64,000 nt of DNA from Tubulanus polymorphus. Taxonomy: Eukaryota > Animalia > Nemertea. Shown here piece by piece: positions 50,901 to 64,000 of this stretch. The translations under genes and the position numbers were made by a program. Under the pieces are notes generated by a model. The model saw only the letters and a list, made by a program, of their open reading frames with translations, was not told the origin of the DNA and did no database searches. The stretch is from positions 15,198,655 to 15,262,654 of the forward strand of contig NC_134033.1 in assembly GCF_964204645.1 (NCBI RefSeq), written 5' to 3'. The stretch's first letter is position 1; each line of letters begins with the position of its first letter.

Positions 50901-53000
50901 GTAACATGTATTGTAGTTATTGGAATTTTAACATGTTACATGTAACTTAGGTATTGAAATTGTAACATGTATTGTAGGTATTGGAATTATAACATGTATT
51001 GTAGGTATTGGAATGTTCGTGGGATGAACTATTGAAGAACGTAAATGAAGCTGAAGATTTAGATTATATCATCGCGGCTCATCAAGTCTTCCTCGATACG
51101 ATCATCAATCGGTCGCTACTCGACGAGAAATCACGGGTTCGTATTGTTGTAATGTATCGTAGTAACCATTGAAATAACCGACAATATTTTGAAAAATTTC
51201 GTTAGTTCTTCGCTCGAGTTGGATTTTGTCGGACAAATTGAGCATGATATTCGAAAGATATTTCAACAAATATCTAAGTAAAATGGCCACTGACCTGGAA
51301 AAGTCAGGGAATCAGAAAAATCTAGAAAAAATCAGGGATAACTCTGGGAATTGGACAAATTTTACCAAAAACGTTGTTAACTCAGGGAATTTGGATAATG
51401 CTATTGATCACTTGTTTCTTTATCAATACGTGATTCAAAGAAAAATGAAGAATTGTAAAATTTGAATCCTAGAAAGTTCTCCGATGACAGGGAGAACTCA
51501 GGGAATTTGTAAATGGGTGAAAATTGACCACCCTGCTACAGGACTGTGTACTGTATGCTGCTGATTCTAAAATCTTAATTTCGTGTCGTTTCAGACAATA
51601 CTGACTCAGCTACGAGCGATATTCGATCTGATAATTCAGTTCCAACAAATTCAAGATGAAATGTATTTGTCCGGACAGAATGAACTCGACGCCAGGGAAC
51701 ATTATCAACATACGATGAAAATAAATACTGAACAGGTAACTGTGAGGTGTCATCTTAAAGCAAAAACGAAAGTAATTTTACCGAATCGGTTGAAGTCATT
51801 GAAAATGAGAAGGTTGTCATTAGAAAATACCTTGTTGAAGTCGTCGTGATTGAGAAAATCACCTTAAGTTGCTAATCATAATTTTACTGAGTCAAAATCA
51901 TCGAAAAAATGAGATGGTCCTCATAAGTTACTAGAGTAATCATAATTTTACTGAATGGTTGAATTCTTTGAGAATGAGAAGGTCATCATTAGTAACAACA
52001 GAATTAGATCATAATCATTATTTTACTGAATCACTGAAGTCATAGAGAATGAGAAGGTCATCATTGGTAACAAATCTTAATTTCCATTGAATGTTAAAAT
52101 CATCAAGAATTAGGTCATATTAGAAAATTATCATAATTTTACTGAATCATGGAAGTTATTGACAATGAGAAGATCACATTTAGTTACTAAGCATAATTTT
52201 ACTGAATCATTGAAGTCATTGAGCATGAGGTATGGTAATCATAATTTTACTGAATTGTCGAAGTCATTGAGAATGAGAAGGACTTATAATCATAATTTTA
52301 CTGAATCAATAAAGTCATTGAGAATGGGAAGGACTTATTATCATAATTTCATGGAATTGTTGAGGTGATTAAGAATGAGAATGTTTTTTCTATGTTACGT
52401 CTGCTAGGGCCAGTGGGGTGTAACAGAAGATGAAGAACAGATCGAACAGCAGCGACGTTTAGATTTCATACAAGCGGTAGTTTATTCAACGCGCGCTCGT
52501 CTACGAGTTCTAGGACAAACTTATCAGGTACGCGGGAAGAAACATCGATATTGATACAAATGAATCAAGGATGGTATTTTGCACTAGCTGATCCAACACC
52601 TCTCTTTCCTCCTGGGACCGGTTTTATAGACTGTTATCAACTTTAACCTAGGGCTAATGCAATTCATGATACCAGTCTATAAAACCGGGCCTTGTATATT
52701 ACCTATAAAAAAAAGGATATGTTTTTTGTTTTGTTGTTTCCATTTGGGAAAGTCTAAAAAATCATCCATCTGTCTGAAATACTCAAATTAGGCTTGTGTG
52801 ATTGTGTCTTAAATGTTTTATTTATGTCTGTTTATTTGTAGGACATGGTTCAGCAGTTTTTGTTGATGTTAAACCGTCACAACGACGTTTCGTTGCGATT
52901 CCTCAGTTTCCGTCAGGATTTCAACGAGTATTACAAACAAAAGGAACCGCGTATAAGAACGTCCTTGACCTATTCGCAGTCCGGACGACCGGTCGTGTGA
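41968..53000 (+). CDS. TUBGCP3: Gamma-tubulin complex component 3 (GCP3/Spc98)
   Basis: Exons 41968-42043, 42552-42600, 42889-42953, 43412-43479, 43731-43805, 43902-44152, 44540-44706, 45248-45366, 45881-46075, 46761-47057, 47695-47805, 48029-48324, 48749-48953, 49932-50067, 50619-50707, 51005-51136, 51595-51735, 52408-52527, 52842-53000 (TGA). Motifs: [87 protein letters not shown]. Confidence 0.97.
47825..47870 (+). ncRNA. Hammerhead core motif, second sequence family, in a TUBGCP3 intron
   Basis: CTGATGA-T-GGCTAA-TAGTGT-TTAGCC-GAAACGTT. Stem I is imperfect (GAGT/GCTC with a bulge). A related decayed copy is on the minus strand at about 6505-6630. Confidence 0.55.
48422..48604. mobile_element. 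About 180-bp foldback made of two inverted Penelope-like element ends, with a hammerhead core at 48505-48538
   Basis: Near-perfect inverted arms (AGAGAGAATCCCACAATTATAACGAAAAAGTC...GACTTTTTCGTTATAATTGTGGGATTCTCTCT). The same arm sequence occurs at 58243-58320. Confidence 0.7.
49424..49950 (+). repeat. 32/33-bp tandem array spanning a TUBGCP3 acceptor
   Basis: GTATTCACTCCGGAATGTATTTGTATTTTCTAG and a 32-bp variant, giving 11 TTCTAG|GT junctions. Confidence 0.92.
49491..49646. mobile_element. MITE family A copy inserted in the splice-acceptor tandem array
   Basis: CTG duplicated at 49488-49490 and 49647-49649, interrupting one repeat unit. Confidence 0.85.
50863..51014 (+). repeat. 27-bp tandem array spanning another TUBGCP3 acceptor
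   Basis: GTATTGGAATTGTAACATGTATTGTAG, about 5 copies. Confidence 0.85.
51770..52380 (+). repeat. Degenerate tandem array (about 50-60 bp) in a TUBGCP3 intron
   Basis: Recurrent AATCATAATTTTACTGAATCATTGAAGTCATTGAGAATGAGAAGG. Confidence 0.8.
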
Positions 53001-54030
53001 TGATTTCACCGAATACTCGAGAGACGCCCCCCGGGGTCCCAGAGATGGAAGAAAAGATCAAGCTAAGCTCATGTTGATTTCTATGATTGATTTAACATAC
53101 GAAGGTTTATACTCTAACCGTAAGTCGGCCTTGGTAACTTAAACTAACTATTGGTCTACACATTTGTCGATTTCTGTGACAAAATTATTTTAACGAATTG
53201 AGATTTACTTTTGTTTTATCAGTGTTAGTCCTTCATGAGTTGGAGTTGGTCACTTAAACAAACAAAACTACAGCCTAAGTTCGTTATAACACTGCCATCT
53301 ATTTGTTATAGCGCCATATTTTTCATCAGTCCCTACAGTGGCTTTTTAAAGAACTATTACTGTAACGGTCAACTAGGCCCTCACATTTGAGTTATGAGTT
53401 AGCATTTTTGTATAAATTTGAGATTAGATTTGACCAGTGACGAAAGTAACCCACCGTAAACTAACTGTATTTACCCGTTAGTTGAGTTAGAAAACAATGA
53501 GTTTATGTTGAGCTTCCAGTGCCATGTATTTCATACATACTCGAATAAATAATAATTGTACATTTATAAAACAGGTATCAATTGCAGCTTTGACCCCACA
53601 CCCCTCGAAAAAGTATTGAATGATTAAGGGGTTGAGGCTGTACTTTGATAAGAAATATCAGTAAACCTCGCCTTGCTCACACATGGCCAACTTAGACTTT
53701 TGACTAACTCGGACAAAATTGAGGTCATGTGCAGGAGACTCTGCTCAATTCGGATCTTTTGTGAACGTAAAAATGTTTCACACTTAAGTGATATCCGAGT
53801 TGGATTTGGATTATTTCATAAATAGTGTCAACAAAAAAATAATTCATCAGACATCACAGTTGAACAGATCTGATGATCCTAATGTATTTTCTGATCCTTT
53901 ACTTCGACTTTCTCTTAACATGGATAAAACCCAGTTTGTGGAGAGTTTTGTGAGGTTTACTGTACTTAAGTTCTAATTATCTTTTTGTATTGTATATAAC
54001 GCTATTGTGTAATGAATTTGTACTTAAATT

Positions 54031-54242
54031 AGGCTAACAAAAAATTGATACCTTGTTTCTCATTTTGCCGAGCTTAAAAGTAGACCCGGCCGGCCGCCTA
54101 TCTACCCTGTACATTACTTTAGAAAAAATGATCAAGATAACAGACCCGGCAGATACAGAAATGAACTGATTACAATTTTTAGGGCAGTTTACAAAAGTGA
54201 CCCGCGCGATTAAGAGAAACAAGGTATCGTTTTATTTTAGCT
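54031..54242. mobile_element. Sister copy of the 34917-35137 MITE, between the convergent TUBGCP3 and MOSPD1 3' ends
   Basis: Same TIRs and the same internal CCGGCCGGCCGCCTATCTACCC segment in opposite orientation. Confidence 0.75.
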
Positions 54243-55010
54243 ATACTTGTATTCAATGTATTTCTAGCGGGCTAGGATTGTAATTCCCGGAATTCACGAA
54301 TAATTGAAAGTTTAAAATGTTTGCATTTGTTTCGATCTCAGGCAGCTGGTTCTGTATAACTGTAACTAAAGATCAAAATATCGTGTAGTCCAGTGATTAA
54401 AAGTCTTGTATGAAAACATTCATTTCAATTTAACAAATAAAACATATATATTATTACTTATTAGTACATTTACTATATACATTTACATTGAGACATACAG
54501 ACTGTTCCACTGGCCGTCTGGCCCTACATTCCTTCAGACACTCATCGTTGATTACTGTTGATTGTAGCTTATTTTCAATTAAGATGTCCCGGGTAAAGTT
54601 CTGAACACATGTGAAGTGTGGGCGATCAGTTTTTGAAGGTATGCTGATAAAATGTGTAATGTCTGGTGTTTTTAGTTCATTTTCAATTGAAAATGTCTTA
54701 AGTGAAGCACTGAACACATGTGAAGTGTGGACGAATGGTGAATGTCTAAGGGGATGCAGGGTGTAGGCTTTATTAAACAAAATATCCATAACAGTAATCA
54801 GTACGTAGCTGGGTGAATTGTCAGTTCGTTTTTCCATCCCTCTCACAATAAACCACACGTACGGGTTTGGTGATGATGATGAGAATATTTCAGGAATGTG
54901 TTATTGTCAAATGCTGAAATCCCTGCACAAACATCGATCGCTGTCGAGAGTCTGCTCTCGAGTTGTTGTTGTCGTTAACTATTAACTGAAGTTCCTAATT
55001 TAAGCCATTG

Positions 55011-59281
<4,271 letters not shown>

Positions 59282-59339
59282 TCAGGTCCACGAGTGGGTA
59301 CCGGTAATTAGTTACGGTACCTAGTTTACATAGTGTATA

Positions 59340-59512
59340 GGGGATTATTCATTTATTATTATTTACGTACGCATAAAATTCGAATTTTTCTACCCCCCTC
59401 CCCCTCTGTACGCAAAATCGGCCATTATTTCATATACATTAAGCATTACAGTACGCAATTGCACTGACCCCTCCCCCTCCCCTAATGCGTACGTAATAAA
59501 TGAATGACCCCT
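59340..59512. mobile_element. MITE with GGGG(A/T)(T/C)ATTCATTTATTA...TAATAAATGAATGACCCC termini
   Basis: Imperfect TIRs of about 30 bp that include ACGTACGCA/TGCGTACGT. Confidence 0.6.
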
Positions 59513-61539
59513 AGGAGAAAAGTTTGCACAAAAACCACCCAATCAACCATTACCATTTGTGATGTATTTTTACGTCACAAATGTGTTTACTACAATCGCT
59601 GGTGTAGTGAGTCATTACGCCACTGGTGTGTGGCCATACTATATGCAGCTTGGGCCAAATTCGGTTTTCGTATCTAGTCGACTAGTGGTCGGAACTAATA
59701 ACCGAATGCGCTTGATTTTCGAACTATTTCCGGAATATAGTTCCGACTTACGGACATTCGGTTTCGTTTAGTTCGACTATAGTCGACTAACTCAGAAAAC
59801 TGAAGGAGGCCTTGTCTGCTTCAATTTAATTCCAATTTTTACTCATAGATGGAGGATTAGTACCTCTAACAGCCTCTAATACCGAATTTATTTGAATTGA
59901 ATGACGCAATTGGGTTCGAATCCTGGTGAGGTACGTTACATTATCTGCGGTAGTGAAGAGGTCAATGGTTCACTGAGATAAACATCACCGAATTAGGAGG
60001 AGTCCGCAGTAATTGATATATTTGTAATATAGACATTTCCTTGAAATTAAATGACCGATCGATCGTGAAACTAAACTAAAACCACAGCACGGACCGGTCA
60101 CTGACAATTAGCCCCACAGACAGTGAATAGGCCTACGTGCATAGCCAAAAAAGGGAGTTCACCACGAATGAACCCCCCTTCACAAAATAATTCTTCTATG
60201 CTAAGGTAACAGAATATTCTTATGGCATTAAAGGAACACATACTTTTTCACCCTTTTTATGGCTTTGAAAACCTAATCTTCATCTCTCTCTAGTAATACT
60301 CCACCTCCATCAAAAATCAAAATCACATTCACAGATAATCGTGGCAACGTCCCTCCCTGGGCCCTGCCTCTCCAGTTTGATCGACCCCCGATCTCTGATT
60401 CACCTAAAAGAAGAAACACGGAAACAAAGGGTTCGAATTTTCATATGTTACCTGCATTTCAATACATTTGACGTAAATATTACGAAATATCATTCAGTTT
60501 CTTTTCAATCGGAATAAAGTTTCATTTAATTTTGTGGCTCCACGTACTCTATGATCGCGCGCTACGGCTGTGTACATAACCTTACTTATAAGAGAGAGGG
60601 CGCCATGAGCTGGTAGTTATTTGGCGGGCTACGAGTCCACAGCGAACTGAGCGTAGGGTTTCATACACTGAAAATGTACTTTTCATCCTCACCAAAAGAT
60701 TCGTTATCGAATCTCTAAGCTGATTATTACTTATTGAAAGGAATTGATCCAACTTTTTGGATATGATCTCTGATTCCGTTTATTTATTCTTTTCGCAATA
60801 AAACGTTCATTGAATTTATGGCTCCACGTAACCTTTCTATTTTAGCACAGGGGTGGGCACTACAAGCTGGCTAAGGACAGAAAATTAACTCGCGGGCTAC
60901 GAGTCCACAGCGAAGTGAGCGTCACGTCTTTCGCGCCGAAAATACGGTTTTCACAAATATGAGGAGAATCGTTATTGAATTTATGAAATGCTCACGTGTT
61001 TTATTTCATTTGTTTCATTTCAACGTGGGGAGAAAATTTCCTGATTCATGGGTGGAGGCCGTGGTCTCGGGATCCACAGACCCGTGTCTTCGCGGGCAAT
61101 ATTGTCTTTTTCACCAAGACGATCGTAGACTGGTCACATGGAAATTGCATATTTTTTTTATGTATTCCTCTACAAATATCTAATACCGAGGTTGGGACTC
61201 CGCTAATTAGCCTATGGTACCCGGCTGGCTGCTTTATACTATATATTCTTAGATCTGGACCCCTGACTCCCAGTTTTCTTAGATCCGCCCCTGTGATTAA
61301 TCATCTTTATTGCCCCAGTAGCGTTCAATGGATGCCGAGGCTCCACCATTGGGTCTAGTTGGACAGTCGTAACTTAAGTTTAACAGTGTGGTCCTTAAAT
61401 CCGGTCTGAAGTTGTTAGATTGGCTATAGAACTAAGATGGCCTTCAATCTAAGCATGCCCCATCAGTTTATTCAAATATTCTACAAAATCTTTATCATAA
61501 CGCACAAATGAATGTATACTCAAGTGGACCTACAAGTTG

Positions 61540-61775
61540 TTTGATTGGTTGTAGAAACAAAATGGAGCCTAGAGTGATCTCGAGTTGTTAGATTGGTTAT
61601 AGAACCAAAATGAGCTTAGACTGGTCTTAGTTAGATTGGTTATAGAACCAAAATGAGCTTAGACTGGTCTTAAGTTTGTTAGATTGGTTATAGAACCAAA
61701 ATGAGTCTAGACTGGTATAAAGTTGTTAGATTGGTTATAGAACTAAAATGAGTTCAGGCTAGTCTCGAGTTGTTA
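61540..61775 (+). repeat. Degenerate 47-bp array, about 5 copies
   Basis: Same unit as 4390-4670. Confidence 0.8.
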
Positions 61776-62377
61776 TTGCTAATTTAGAACTGATATACGT
61801 TAAGGCTGGTCTTAAATCTAAGTCATGACTGATTTCAAACGCACAAACAAGAATATATTCATGCCTAAAATATCCTCACTTGCCATTAGTGTAGATAGAA
61901 TACCCAATTGCCGCAGTAGCGTTCAATGCGTTTCTTTTCAAGTATCATTTTTACAGCTTATTAAGCACACAAATAAGTATATACCAACATTCTTTGAGTG
62001 TCGTTTGTTGCAAACACCCGCGAATATACTGTCTGTACAGTCACACACATAATAACAAAATAATAATTGTTATCGGCTTTCACAGTATATTTTGACGACG
62101 ATGGTCAACTCAAAACTGTCGATGTAACGCTACTTGTCTAGTATCGTTTCTGTCAATGTGATTTGTTTAATCAGCTTATTTAGCTCTGGTTGGATACTCT
62201 CAACTCGCTGAAATGTTGCCTCATTATTCGACTCCTTACTACTCTCGAGTCTAGTGTTCTTCAACTCTTGCCAGATTCACTGACCCTGTGAATTTAATTG
62301 ATACTAGACGCAGACGCGCGCCTCAGACAAGGCGCGCTTGTTTGTACCGTAATTATTTCTTCACTGTGTTGTGTTTT

Positions 62378-63087
62378 GAGAGAAAGAGTGAGAGGAGGGA
62401 GAGGATGAGAGAGGAGGAGGAATGAGGAGGGAGAGAAGGGGAGATTAGGTAAAAGTTTTGAGAGTTTTACAGCAAGACAGGCCTGTAGAGATAGGTTGGG
62501 TCGAGGTTTTTAGGGTTTTGGAAGTGGCAGAGTTGGGGAGAAGAAAAGGAGCGAATCAGAAAAAGTTTTAAGATTACGAGGTAGACTAAGAGATTAGGGA
62601 AATGGGGAAATGAGAGAAAAGAGGTGAGGGCGAGAGGGGACAGAGAGAGGAGAGGAGAGAGAGAGGGAGAGAGGGAGGAGAGGAGAGAGAGGGAGAGAGA
62701 GGAGTGAGGAGAGAGGAGATAGAGGGAGAGAGAGGAGAGGAGAGAGAGAGGGAGAGAGGGAGGAGAGGAGAGAGAGAGAGAAGAGAAGAAAGGAGAGAGA
62801 GGAGAGGAGAGAGAAGGAACGAGAGGAGTGAGGAGAGAGGAGAGAGGAGAGGGGAGAGAGGAGAGAGGAGAGGGGAGAGAGAGGAGTAAGGAGAGAGGAG
62901 AGAGAGGAGAGAGAGAGGGAGGAGAGGAGAGAGAGAGAGAAGATAGGAGAGAAGAGAGGAGAGGAGAGAGAGGGAGAGAGAGGAGAGGAGGGAGAGAGAG
63001 AAGAGAGGAGAGAAGGAGGAGAGAGAGAAGAGAAGAGAAGAGAGGAGAGAGGAGAGAGGAGGGAGATGAGAGATAGGGAGATAGGGG
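62378..63087 (+). repeat. Long GA-rich polypurine tract
   Basis: Almost pure G/A (GAGAG, GGAGA units) from about 62640 to 63070. Confidence 0.92.
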
Positions 63088-64000
63088 TTGAAATTTGAGG
63101 CGATACCAAAAAGGTTAGGAGATTGAAGAGAAGATATAGAAAAGGATGGATTAAACTCATCTCTTACACAATTGTTTACAGTTTGTTTTGAAATAAGAGT
63201 AAAAATCTAAACGCCTTAATTCAATCAACATCACTATATATAATGTGTAATATCTATTGGAACAGTAAACGTAAAGATGAATAGTGACGGTTAGCTTGAT
63301 TTTATCAGAAAAACGAGCTTCCATTTAACAGCTAGTGTGGAAAGTTCTCCAAATGAGTCACATTCACCCGGACTTTTAATAAAATCAAGTTAACCAGAGA
63401 AAACCTTCAAATCTGTCATAGCGTTTGTCTGATTCGACACCTGATTAACACGGCAACTTAATTTATGAGGACATAAATTAAAGTTTTTAACCGAGAAATC
63501 ATTCGCAAAAAACTGCGCCGCAGTCGCGAACTCCGATCCCTGTGGCGCCGGTGACGTGGTTCATGCGGGAAAAACTACGGAGCGGCAAGAGAAAAAATAA
63601 TACCGGTTTCTTCTCTGACAACGTAAACACCTTTAAACCATTGTCAGCGAGGCAAGCTATCATAGTGTCTCGGATAATGCACCTTAATAACATTCTTAGC
63701 AGAAACGGAAGTTTTCCCCACAAAAGCCCCTTCTCACCTCGCGAAGTCTTCTCATAAAAGAGAGCTTCCGAATTAACAATTTCGCTAATGCCAGCCGTGT
63801 TTTTACGTGTCATTCTTAACAATGGCAACTGCGTTTGGCAACAATCACGGCGGTTTCGGTGTTATTTCGTCCAACAATTAGCGAACAAGGAAAATTGCCC
63901 AGTTTGACGTTCGGAACGGAGCGGGGTGACGATCTTTACAGATATTTGTATCGCTGCTGAAATTGCCCCGGTAATTTTCTAGCTATTGTTCACGCGGCGA

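Noticed and set aside
62594-63160. 188-aa Leu/Ser/Pro ORF and opposite Arg/Glu/Gly ORFs
   Set aside because: Artefacts of the GA-rich low-complexity tract.
63499-63828. GC-richer ORFs on both strands at the window end
   Set aside because: No recognisable domain or convincing splice sites; cannot be supported as coding.

Overview
AT-rich, intron-rich animal genomic DNA (probably an invertebrate; the taxon cannot be fixed from this window). I reconstructed four spliced genes by hand from GT-AG boundaries and reading phase. They are a plasma-membrane-type Na+/H+ exchanger (+, 5' end lies outside the window, 22 exons, 1446-27569), the mitochondrial rhomboid protease PARL (-, 36884-41857), gamma-tubulin complex component 3 TUBGCP3 (+, 41968-53000) and MOSPD1 (-, 55011-59215). 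An intron-containing tRNA-Tyr variant lies in a MOSPD1 intron. Introns are filled with MITEs (Harbinger-like with CWG target duplications, piggyBac-like, TA-flanked), MITE-derived tandem arrays, tRNA-derived SINE heads and a LINE 3' end. Three things stand out. (1) Minimal type-I hammerhead ribozyme motifs of the Penelope-associated kind occur in introns of three genes, including a back-to-back pair with one ribozyme per strand. (2) Tandem duplications repeatedly span real splice sites, giving ladders of decoy acceptors (mostly AG|GT) whose use would always create a premature stop. (3) The PARL and TUBGCP3 start codons are only 110 bp apart, head to head. All coordinates were counted by eye and may be off by a few bases; no searches or folding programs were run.
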